Assembly: GCF_009834535.1 (NCBI RefSeq)
Contig: NC_045697.1
Span: forward strand, 113,338,001 to 113,402,000
Direction of reading: 5' to 3'
DNA length: 64,000 bases
Origin: Camelus ferus
Lineage: Eukaryota
Shown: piece after piece, positions 52,801 to 64,000 of the stretch
Numbering within the stretch: the first letter of the stretch is position 1
Layout of the letters: every line of letters begins with the position of its first letter
The notes under the pieces: model-generated
The model's database searches: none
What the model was told of the DNA's origin: nothing
The model's input: the letters and a program-made list of their open reading frames with translations, nothing else
Program-made: the position numbers and the translations under genes

Positions 52801-54194
52801 GGAGGGAAAGAAGCTTTATCAAAGAAGTAGTTTACTGTCTTTACTTTTAGTCCACTTTATGTTGATGGGGGAGAAATTGTAAATCAGAATTGAAACCTTA
52901 TGGAAGAATATTAAGGCTCATTCTTGCATTTTCTCATGAAAACCAAGTTGCAAAAGTAACTTGAAAATCCACTGCTATTTTTTAAAACATGAAAGGAATC
53001 ATTAGGAGCGCGTATCTTTTGAGATAGACATGTGTGGCTTCACTGATGCCTGTAATAAGATGGCAGTTAGGGGATGTGTTCACATCATGATTTAGCAAGG
53101 CAAAACCTGCAATTCCTCTTTGAATCTTTTATAGTAACTCTCATTACCATTTGGTTACTTAGCAGTGCAAATTTTGCTGAGATGTCATCTTCTAGCCAAA
53201 CTTTCAGTTCATATTCTGGGAGAAAATTCTCAGGTATATTGGTCCTGACTTTAGGGGAAGTGAATTAACATTTGAACTACCTAAGGTACTCTAATCAGAA
53301 ACAGTCTACAGGTGGACACTCTAGCCTTTGAGACACTCAAATCAGAAGCCCTCCCTCTCAAGACTTAAACTATCTGTAATTGATGCCAAGTTTGTTAATT
53401 AACACAGTAACTGTTTAAAATAATTTTTGCTGTTGAAATTAAAAGTGTATGTGGAATGGCTAGAATTATCGTAGAGCCACTGCCATCCTTCCATGACCAG
53501 AGAATAAGGATCTGGAGAGTCAAGGCCCCTACACTTTTTTGAAGAGCCTGGGAAACCTGTAGATTGCATGTGGCCTTATGGATGTTTCTGTCAAGTGGTT
53601 CCATCTAGAAGCTTAGCTGAACTTTGTCACTAGAATATTATTGCATCTACTTTGTTCTGTTCTCTGTTGGTAAATAATAATCTTAAGTGTTGATACCAAG
53701 GAATAGTGGCACCTAACGTTTTTCCCTAGTGATGGGGCAGCAGATAGGGAAGAGGTAATACATGTGTAAAGAGTGGTAGCCGATGTGGCAAAAGACTGTG
53801 GAGGATAAACGGAATGGAAGGAAGAGTGGGCATCTCTAAATGACCACTAGGCAGTAATGAAGGCTTCCAGAAGCTGTGGCTTGAATTAAGCTTTGGAGAT
53901 GGTTAAATGTTCACTGAGTGGACAGCAGGGCATGGGCTGGCTATGGCCAAAGCACAGCAGAGTGAGGGCTCAGCATGTCATTTTCATAGACCTGGAAGTA
54001 ACACAGTGACTGAAGAGTGTGTTATCTTCAAACCAATACCCTGAAGTTCTCGCTGAGAAGTTTGACCTTTATTTTCAATTATTGTAAGGTTATGACAAGC
54101 TTTTGACAGAAGACTAACAATGAAATGAATGCTTTAGAAAGATTCCTCTGGTAACAGTGGCCATGCCTGCTGGCAAAGAGATCAGCGAGAAGAT

Positions 54195-54585
54195 TGGAGC
54201 AGAGACTAGTGATCTGTTCACCAAACCCATTATCTCTTCCTCCTGAGCACACAACTAGATTGCATATTTGAGTCGCTCTTAAAGGTGGGGAAAATTGCAT
54301 GATGGCTTCTAGCCCAAAGGGAAGTGGATGGAAGTGATGTGGGTCACTTCTAGTCTGGCATCCAAGACCCATCGACATGCAGTGCTGCATACGTTACCCT
54401 TAGGAAGTGATCCATGGAGACCACAGAGTATGTCCATGGATGTTTTCTGTGTCTCTGGGTCATTAGTTGGAGAAGTACCACCGATGAAATTAGAATGCCT
54501 ATTTTGGTTATCTTGTGCATGAAAAATAAATTTCTGTTGTGTTAGGCTATGAGGTTTTGCAGTTAATCTCTTACAGCAGATCCTT
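54195..54585 (+). mobile_element. MLT1J-like MaLR LTR
   Basis: ggaagtgatgtgggtcacttctag..aaataaatttctgttgtgttaggc..ttacagcag. Confidence 0.75.
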
Positions 54586-54682
54586 TCAAATAAAATAAAC
54601 ATTGTTATTCTGGTTTGGTGAGGGATGACAAAACCCTGAGCTAGTGCAGTGGTTATGGGGACAAGAAGAAATGGACTTAAAA

Positions 54683-55246
54683 TTTTTTTTAATCATAGTG
54701 TAGTTGATTTACAATGTTAGTTTCTGGTGTATAGCACAGTGATTCAATTATACATATATATGTATTTTTTCATGTTCTTTTCCATTAAAGGTTATTATAA
54801 GATATTGAATATAGTTCCCTCTGCCATACAGTAGGTTCTTGTTTATCTTTCTTATATATAGTAGTTTGTATCGGTTAATCCCAAACTCCTAATTTATCCC
54901 TTCCTCCACTTTCCCCTTTGGTAACCAAGTTTGTTTTCTATGTCTGTGAGTCTGTTTCTGCTGTTTTATAAAAGTTCACTTGTATCATTTTTAAAAGATT
55001 CCATATATAAGTGATATCATGTGATACTTGTCCTTCTCTGTCTGACTTACTTCACTTAGTTTGATAATCTCTAGGTCCATCCTTGTTGCTGCAAATGGCA
55101 TTATTTCATTCTTTTTAATGGCTGAGTAGTATTCCATTGTATATATATCATGATTTCTTCATCCCTTCATCTGTTGGTGGGCATTTAGGTTGCTTCCATG
55201 TCTGGCTATTGTAAATAGTGCTGCTGTGAACATTGTGGTGCATGTA
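54683..55246 (-). mobile_element. lineage L1 3' end
   Basis: gtgtagttgatttacaatgttagtttctggtgtatagc..gctgctgtgaacattgtggtgcatgt. Confidence 0.92.
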
Positions 55247-55469
55247 AAACAAATTGACTTTTACAACAGATGTGTAGGAGACAGAAACAGCAAGGGGTAC
55301 TTACTGATTTACTGTGAAGTAAATTGAAGGATGGAGAATTAGTTTTAGCTTTTCAGTTTGGGCAACTGGAAAGATGATAACAGTAAAAATGACAATGCTA
55401 ATATAGGATTCATAGGAAGATTAATAGCTATTTTGAAATGACAGTTATTATCAATTTGAACCCACTGCT

Positions 55470-55855
55470 TTCAGATATAATTGAAAGATTATCTAATTTG
55501 TTCACAATTTTTTTCTTTTCTATCCTTTGCTATGCTTTAATGTGGGTAGAGTATACTTCCCAGCCTCATTAATTTTGGGCTTGGCCATGTGATTTTCTTG
55601 GATTAATGAAAGTAGGAACTTTAGTCTGCCCATTCCAAGCAGACCCTTAAGAGATGTGTTTTTATTTCCCATGATTGCTCCTATTCTCCTGCTCTCCACC
55701 AGGAGGACATCATAAACTTGGATTTACTTATTCATCCACCCCATAAAGGTTCATATCTCAACACAATCTGGAACGGAGCCACTCCTGTTGACCACGGAGC
55801 CCCAAGCAAGAAACAAGTGTCTGTACTTGCAAGCCACATGAATTAGCAGCATTAT
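55470..55855 (+). mobile_element. old MLT1-type LTR
   Basis: gtatacttcccagcctcatt..gggcttggccatgtgatt..aagaaacaagtgt..caagccac. Confidence 0.6.
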
Positions 55856-56539
55856 CTCAAAGAGGTGGACCTGTTTGGAGGGGACAGCTGTAGTACAGAG
55901 TCGAAAAGCATGACCTGGAGATGTCTTTGGAGTCATGGTGGCCAAAGTCATTAAGATGGCTGAGGTCGCCCCAGGGAACTGTGGAAGAGAAATCCAAGGA
56001 TGGGAATAGTCCTAAGAGCAGCAGCAATTAAGGTGCGAGTCAGGAAGATCTACAGTGGAGAATGAGAGTGAATAGTCAGAAGCATAAGACAAAGAACCAA
56101 GAGAAGGTGATGCAATTTAAACAAAAGGGATGGTGGTACTTCAAGGAAGGTGTGATGAGCAGTATCAAACAGCACAAGTTCAGGTAAAAAAGTGCTGAAG
56201 TATCCTCTGATTATAGTGATTGGAAGACATTACCAAAAGTCACCTTTTATTATATGATTTTATTATACAATTATACAGACTGTATGCTTAATTAATATTG
56301 TTAATTTAGTGCTTGTTGAGTGGCTGCCTTTGTTTAACTGCGCTTGTACAAATGTTAAGAAGAGAGATCAAACAAAAAACAATTCTGATGTTTATTCAGC
56401 ATTTTGTACAGTGAAGCTTCTGTATCATGTGAATCCAAAACACTATTGTATGCCTTTAAAATATTGTTTTACTTTTAATTGCAGAAAACAATAATTTATT
56501 TAAATGACATGGTGGAAACTGAACCCAACTGTTCTTAAA

Positions 56540-56661
56540 ATATGTTTAGGGGGAGTAACTAGGTTTATTTATTTATTTTTTTAATGGAGGTACTGGGGAT
56601 TGAACCTAGGACCTCATGCATGCTAAGCATGTACTTTACCCCTGAGTTATACCCTCCCCCC
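56540..56661 (-). mobile_element. camelid tRNA-derived SINE (Vic-1-like)
   Basis: aatggaggtactggggattgaacctaggacctcatgcatgctaagc..tgagttataccctcccc; degenerate TSD tgaacccaa../tgaatccaa.. Confidence 0.9.
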
Positions 56662-57730
56662 TTGAATCCAATGATTTTAAGGACAATTTAATGTTTAAAG
56701 GTGAAAATATATCTTTTGACTCTTACTTCAGTTCAAAAATGGCTCTCAGTTGGTAGATTTCACCCCCTTAGGCAAATATTTTAGAAGACATTTAAAAATG
56801 CCAATAAATCTGATTGACAGTGTTAATAATTATATATATTTGCTGAATTTACAATCAATGTAAGATCATTCAGAACACTAAGGGGGACCTGGAGCACTGT
56901 ATATGTATTGTGCTTGACTGAGTGACTTTTCAGAAATAGAGATTCACAAGCTTTGATGAACCATATCATAGAAGAAATGTATTCCCAATAGGAAACTTTT
57001 AGAATGACTGCTAGGTTCCTTAGGGAATTTCTTAGATGAGAAAATACTGAACATTTTGTTATAATTTGCTACCTATGAGTTTCTGCAATGTGGAATTTTT
57101 GCCTACTCTTAAATCTTTTGGGATGGACGGCAGAAAAGATTATTGGTATTTAATTTACTGAGCTGGAAAACACAAGAAGAGCTTTTATGTTCCCAAAAGA
57201 TATTGTGAACAGTATCTCTACAAATATTTTACATTATGTTGCTATTAAGGTGTTCCAAAATGCACTAAATGTCTTTAAATATAAGCACAACAGTGTTATC
57301 TCTTATGGACTCAGTATGAATACAATAATTATGAAATGAACATAGTTTTCAAGGGCTGATGTAAGAGATAAACTGTGAAAACTTCCAAGCACGTTCCAGG
57401 GGGCAGCCAGGGGGTTATTTTGGTAGGTGGAAAGTTTCAGCCTAAAGATGAGAACCAGCTCCCTTTCAGGAAAATCAGCGCTCTCTCTTAGCTGACACTG
57501 TCTAACTTATTCAACCCAAGAAAGCTGAAATAGTTCTCAATTGACCTGGATAAAAATGGTAGATACTGAGGTGCCCTACTGAAATCATTGCTTTGTGGTA
57601 CTTTTCATTGGACATCACGAGCTAAGTCCTTGGTTCGGACTACTTGATGTTTTCCTTTTCCTTTGTACAATAATGACAGATTCCCGGAACGTTCCAAATG
57701 TTTGTCACTAACACCAATTTCTGAGCATAC

Positions 57731-57786
57731 CTGTCTCCTTCTGCTCCTATTGGCCCTACAAGGGTCCACGGTGTTAGTAGTTAAAC
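57731..57786 (-). other. candidate internal exon of a hypothetical minus-strand gene model
   Basis: CAG|GTATGC donor; weak acceptor (accataaacag); 56 nt, one open frame. Confidence 0.15.
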
Positions 57787-58444
57787 CTGTTTATGGTGGT
57801 CGAATTGCTATTGTAATTATGTCATTTAGATATTACATGATAGGATAAAATATGGATTGGAAAAACTTGGGGTAGCCATTGCTTTTAATAAGTTGGGAAA
57901 CTTAATAAATGCATTCAAATTAAGTGTGTGCTAGCCAACTCTAAAATAATGGAAGGGAAATCATGAAAAATCCAAAATCCAGAAGGATTGTGCATTTGGT
58001 TTGCCTGTAAGGATCTTAATGCTCTCGTTAAGCTTTTAAGAACCACAAACTAGAAATCTTAAATACCTTTTGATTATGGTTTATGCAAGAAAAACAGCTT
58101 GAGAGTGTGATCACAGCTGTTTACTCGAAGAATCTTAAGCTTGACAATCTAAAGATTGTAGATGAATGTAAATATATAGGTGTTAAGTAAAAAAAAAATG
58201 GAAATGTGTATCTCCTTTGATAATATCCGTTTTAAGTAACTTTTCGTTAACCAATCCACCTTATGCTTCAGTCTCATTGGGTAAGAAGGTTTTTCTGATG
58301 TTGCTTAAATCTGCTGAAGTCTTGCCAGCCTGCCAAGGCTCTTACGTTTGATTTTTGACTTAATAATCATCTGTCTTAATAATAATCATCATCTCATTTG
58401 GACCAATTTCCCAAGTGGGACAATTTGTGCTAATGTTACCTTAC

Positions 58445-58596
58445 CTGGGTGTATCTCCATCAGAGAGGTGAAGGCAGATCTAAGCCCTGATGAAGGCTGT
58501 GTCTCCTGAGATGAAGCAGATGGGACTGGAGGACCACGTGAAGCTCTGACCCAGCCTATGACAGTGCTCAATGAATGCTGGATGAAATAAATGTCC
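58445..58596 (-). other. candidate exon (with ATG at 58460) of a hypothetical minus-strand gene model
   Basis: Acceptor taactccctacag and strong CAG|GTAAGG donor; 152 nt. Confidence 0.3.
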
Positions 58597-60702
58597 CTGT
58601 AGGGAGTTACTCCACTCATAATTTTTATTTAGAAATATGATTGCTTCTATACATTTTTCTTAAGGCTGACCTTGCACGAATGAGTTTTTAAAAATTTTGC
58701 CATCATGTTATAGATTAAACAATCACTGGCAAATTCCAAGCATTATCTCTTTATGTAAATTGCCTTAATAATGTCTATATCATTTATAAGTTAGTCTCAT
58801 TGTTGATCTTATGATCTTCATCATAAAACAAGTAAATTAGTATTCTGCTCAGCAAGAGCATGCAATAAGACAAACTCCAAATCGATCCAAGTCACAAATG
58901 TGTCATTTCCCAGAAGCTTGACTTACAGAATGCATTGAATTTTCTTTTCTTAGCCTCATTTTCCTCACCTAGAAAATATCAGGGACCTCATATTACAGAT
59001 AATGCATTTTGTAAAATTTAAAAGTATTATTATTGCAAATATTCCCCCGTTGCTTTGACTGGGGCTGCTGTTTTGATTTTAAATATCTAAACTTTATGTA
59101 TTCTCCTGAAGCGAATGTTCAGACAGCTTTACAATGCCTTTCTATAGAAGACATGTATGATTACCTTTTTAATTGTAGTTGAACTTAAACGAGAATCAAA
59201 GTCTTATTCCACTGCAGATTAACAACAGGGGCAATTGTCTCATTTCAGCTGTAGAGGCCTCGTAAGAGTACTTCTTCCCTAGAACTGTTTTTAATAATTC
59301 AGATTTTCAGTGTAAACTAGAATACTGGGTGAAGTCATGAGACATGGCTTCTATTTCTGACGCTAGAACCAATTTGGTATTCTTTTGGGACAAGGCATTT
59401 GACCTCTTTTCAGTTTAGTTTTACCAGCTGTACATTCATATAAAAAAAATGGTTTCCGGCATAAAAAAAAATTGGCAAAGTTACTTTCTTGGGGAAAATG
59501 CAATTTAAAAAAATTATGAATAATTTTTAAAAATTAAAAGAAGATTCATTTTTTAAAAAGGAGCTTCTATTTTAAGTGGATGGCTGGGTATGTAAACCCC
59601 GTGCACTGTAGTTGTTGGCAAAGATATCTGTCTGGTGTGGATAGAATCAATATTAATTGTTAATTTCCCTTCCCCTTTAAAGGGAACCCACAGGAAAAAA
59701 TCTTTGGCTTTCTTTTCAGGGCATTTTAAAACAGCAACGGGCAAAAAGGCATTGCATTTTTTCCATTTGTTCATAGAACAGCACCTGCAAAGACCAGAGT
59801 CCTTGGAGAGGGCGGTGTGAGAGTCATGCTTGTTCACATATGTTCTGCCAGGGCTTGGCTGACAGTGTCTGAGCCTTCTTGTTACAGTTGGCCAGACCGG
59901 AAACTAAGGCTAGAGGATGTCTAAGTCCATTTCCTTCCCGAGGTCCTTTCAAACTGTAAAATATTTAACATGTCCTCCCCATCCTTGCCTGTGATGCTTT
60001 TTTCTTGTTTACCCCTGGCATTAAAGTGACTCTCAGGATAGGACGGTCCTGTGGAACGGAAATCGAGTTAGCCCTCTCTGAAAACCAGGGTTTGTCAGAT
60101 GTGCGGGTACATTCCATCAGGACCGGTCACATTTCGATTTTTACAATAGCTCATGCACTTTAAAAAAAAGGAGACCCTGTTTGCAAACCCCCACAACTAA
60201 CTTTTTAAAACTTCAATATCTCTTGCTGTCTGTCATTTCCTATTTCTAACTCAGAAAACATTGCACTCATCCAGGGCCAGCCTGTTAGAAAGAGCCTGGG
60301 AGAGTTTTGGAGTGCCTTTCCAGAGCAGACCAGGCATCGAACTTGATTTCTTTCCCCAACCATTTTTAGTTACCAAACTCTCTGGGAAACTGAAGTAGCC
60401 AAGTTTTCACGTCAGAGATGAAAAGATTTCCAAATTAGTTCTGGGTCGCCAAAGGGCACTGAGCAGGACTACATGTTATTAGCCTGTGTTTATTATTAGG
60501 TGGTCCTCTAACGTTGAGTACTTTATATTTTAAAAAATAATAATAATAAAGAATTCCTTTTTTTTTTTTTTTTTTCCTGAGAAGCTAAACTGCTAGCACT
60601 AACCCCACTGTCTACAAAGAAGAGAAGGAAAGGGGGAAAAGACACATCTCAGAGGGAGGAACGAAGGACCAAACTGAAATATGTTAAGAGTTTTGATGAA
60701 AC

Positions 60703-61249
60703 TGTTGCCCCAGAAAGGGAAGGGAAAAGACCTCAGTTCTTGACTTCCTCGAAAGAGAATTCAGACGGGAGATGAAGCGTTGTGTGGTGAAAGATTTTAA
60801 AGGATTGATTAGTAAAGGGAAAGCACCCCTCCAAGAATGGGAGGCGAGCTGATCCAAGGGCTGATAGCAATGGTCTTTGTTTGCCCCCTTCTCTCATACC
60901 CTCACTTAGAGGGGGTCTCTTCGTTGACTGACGGCTCTTGCCCCTGGAGCGCTCCGTCATGCTCGTCCCCTTTTGCACATGTCCTTACCCGTGATGCACA
61001 CAGACAAGCCCATGGTGGGCATAAACTGCAGTGCTAATTATATTACAATGAGCACTGGGTCATTTCTGGTTAGGCCCTTGTTGCTACCGTACAGCTGTGG
61101 CTGTCAGGTTCTAAGCGGTTCCTTGCTGGCACTCATTTCGAAGAAGTAAAGCCCCTTAATGCCGTAGGCGGGCATAACACCATTTCCAGACCCTCCTCCC
61201 TCTCCGCCACCTTATCTGCTGGTGTCCCCACTTGTCTAACCACCCAACA
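60703..61249 (-). mobile_element. ERV1-type solo LTR, family B
   Basis: tgttgcc..ccaaca termini, near-TSD aaac/aaat; homologous to 22659-23178. Confidence 0.92.
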
Positions 61250-62967
61250 AAATGAAGGGGATCTATTCCCTTTCAACTCTCCTCAGACTCCCTTGCTGAC
61301 TCTGAATGTCCATCCTTCCTTGTGTGGCTTGACAGTATTGACAATCTCTGATTGAATCCCTGCTGTTTTTATTCAATAGATAACAAAATCCATAAAGTTC
61401 TCCTCTGTAAAAGTGGGAATTCTGCCCTAGGGAGTTTCTGATAAACCCAGAAAAGACACCGAGAACATTTTTATTCCCAGTTGGTGAAGAATCACAAGTT
61501 ATTCTTTCCTAACTTGAACTACAGCTGCTTCTATTCAGATAGAATCTACGTAAACCTTCAAATACAGGTAGATGGTCCCTTATGGGTAGGTTAGGGTGGA
61601 CCACTAGGATGCATGCTACTTACTTAGTGATTTAATTTGAAAGAAACTGAATGTTGACAGAGGAGGATTTCAGGAAAGCTTGACTAGACGCCACAGTGTT
61701 TTTGAGATGTGGAATCAACATTGTTTGTTACAAGATGGGCTGACAATTTCAGGACATAGTTTTTTTCCTTAGGAAATCTAGGACACCAGTTCATACTTAA
61801 TTCATACACACACGCCCACACCGCATTCCTAAAATGTGTTATCTTCTCCTCTAAATAAACAGGGCAAAGGATCAAAGCAATTAGAATGAAATAGTGCTTT
61901 AAGTCGGTTACTATAAATAATTATTTACTGGAAAAGAGGACTTGGGAAAAAAAAATGGGAGCGATAAAAGAAATAAAATTCTTCTAAGTAAATGTGGAGT
62001 CTGTGTTTTCTAAGCCTCAAAAATATGTGAAGATGTGTAATAAGTTCTAATTCTCCCAAATCACAGTCAGAACTCCATTTTTTAGAAAAACACAGGAAAA
62101 AGCATGGAGGATGTTTTGATTGCTTTTAGACATCTAGCTTAATTGTACTATTCCAAAGTGAAAGAACAAATAAGAGCAGTGGAATCAAATTTTCCTATCT
62201 GGAGGCTAAGTTGTTGTTTAGTTATAAATTAGCTCATTTGCTATTTGACTCTTTTTGGTTCACTGGAATTCTAGTGGTAAATTCTTCACTGAACAGCATA
62301 ATAGTTCAGTGTCATTTAATGGAATTTCATCTCACTTTGGAGCCATCCTTGCAGGCTGGACAGTTTGGTTTAAGTCTTAAGGCTGTATCTCCTTGAAGAT
62401 TGATTCTATAGTCTTTTCTTAGACCAAAAATATGAAACCTTGACCAAAAAAAGTGTGTGTGAGGGCATTGTGTGCTTGTGTTATTTAATTTCTCTGTGTA
62501 TCATTTTTCATACATTTATAATGGGAGTAAGAGTACAACCTACCTTAAATGTTAGCTTTCAGACTTAAACAAGGATAATGATTCTAAAATGTCTCAGCTA
62601 TAATAAGTATGCAATCAATTTAGGAATTTTAATTTTAATTAATGTTGCAATCAGATGTATACATTAATATTCAAAAATCTGAATGCCTATTTTACAGCAG
62701 ACGTGAATATTATAAAACACGTACTTTCTCAGTAGTCCAAGTTCCCAAATTACAATTGCTGTATAATGTGTAATTTGCATACCAAATAATTCTGCATGCT
62801 AGATTTTTTGCAGGCAAGCCTTTCTGGGAAATTCATGTAGTACTAGAGAGATGAATTAATAATATTTATTTTAGCTGGAGTAAGAGAGTTCTTAGCTTGA
62901 ATAAAGAATTCTCTTAAGAAAAAGAATTACTATGGATAAAGAAAATATGATATATACATATATAGAT

Positions 62968-63110
62968 GCAATTGACTCTTGAACATTCTTGGAGATCACT
63001 GATCTCTTCACAGTCCAAAATCCGTGTATAAGTTATAGCCGGTCCTGCGTATCTGCAATTCTTCCAAATCTGTGGCTCTGCATCCAAAGATTCAACCGTC
63101 CTCTGATCAG
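62968..63110. mobile_element. Tigger2/MER8-like fragment
   Basis: caattgactcttgaaca..aaaatccgtgtataa..ctgcatccaaagattcaacc. Confidence 0.65.
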
Positions 63111-63869
63111 ATTTTTCCCATGTACTTAGTAACGAACTAATGTCTCCTCGCTTGTCCCTGTGGGACAGTTCTTGACACTTTCTTTAGATTTCCAAAATAA
63201 TGCACTATTAAGCGAGAAACCAGGGAGGCAATAATCTGATTACTGTCGATTATCAATTTGAGTAAAAGCTAAAAATACGTTATTAAAAGAACGCTTTTTA
63301 CTAAAATCTCTCATCTTTTATATTACTTACAAAGCAAACTTATTAGTCATTTTTTTTCCCAGAAGAAGGAAGATGTTCCTTTAATTTTTGGTCAAAAATC
63401 CTCCTAAAACACTCCCCAACCTGTTGCTGTTAAAAATTGAAGTAGGTGTTTGAGGGGTACTAACCCAGAAATCTTATTGTGCAGGTTAAATGAAATTAAA
63501 GTGATAGAGAAGAGGTACACAGATAATTACAACTATAATCCACTTCACAAAGACATGGATAATTAGAGAAATGTGACTCAAGGAAGTATATTGAAAGCAG
63601 AGTTACGGGAGTTTCTAGGACTAAGAGATCGTGTCTTGTTGGGTGATGGGGAGTTTCTGGAAAAGGTGGGAGGAGGATGTAATTTGGATGGATGAGGTCA
63701 TTCCTGACAGGAGCCAAGCTGAAGAGGAGGAAGAGAGTGGGGGTGTGTTGGGGGATGAGCAGGGGGTTTTGGAATCCATGTATCATGAGAAATACTGTGA
63801 TACAAGATTAAAATGGTAGGTAGGGCTAGACTGCAGGGGACCCTGTGTGCTAGGCTGGGGATTTTATTT

Positions 63870-64000
63870 TATTTTTTTAAATGTATTAAAAATATTTTTT
63901 GATTGAAGTATAGTCAGTTTACCATGTTGTGTCAATTTCTGATGTATAGTGTAATGCTTCAGTCATACATAGACATACATATATTCCTTTTCATACTCTT
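63870..64000 (-). mobile_element. lineage L1 3' end (runs off the window)
   Basis: ttttttgattgaagtatagtcagtttaccatgttgtgtcaatttctgatgtatag. Confidence 0.85.

Noticed and set aside
38557..61249. A full provirus between the two family B LTRs
   Set aside because: The interval is 22 kb of host DNA and older repeats, no PBS is evident, and the 60703 copy has its own near-TSD.

Overview
Mammalian genomic DNA, almost certainly camelid (camel/alpaca/llama) based on two copies of the camelid tRNA-derived SINE. I recognise no known protein-coding gene; the ORF track is mostly chance ORFs, repeat ORFs and decayed L1 ORF2 fragments. The window is repeat-rich (L1, L2, MIR, hAT and Tigger DNA transposons, an ERVL gag-pro-pol remnant) and carries about 12 ERV1-type solo LTRs from four families, several with 4-bp target-site duplications (TSDs) and nested in other elements. 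A CpG-island promoter at ~14.05-14.85 kb (ETS, YY1, MYB, ZNF143-like and SP1 motifs; minus-strand splice donor at 14322) sits between two inverted LTR copies. Further promoter-like patches lie at ~10.1-10.5, ~18.4-19.3 and ~59.8-60.4 kb. Main hypotheses, all untested: (1) a germline-active non-coding locus, possibly a pachytene piRNA cluster or testis lncRNA locus; (2) a minus-strand four-exon chain splicing in frame to a 180-aa orphan ORF, lying between two same-orientation LTRs; (3) an H/ACA-snoRNA-like structure at 57.6 kb; (4) a 3'-truncated, 5'-inverted L1 inside a Tigger inside an L1; (5) a short mRNA 3'-end retrocopy beside the CpG promoter. Repeat family names are from recall of consensus sequences, and boundaries without a stated TSD are approximate.
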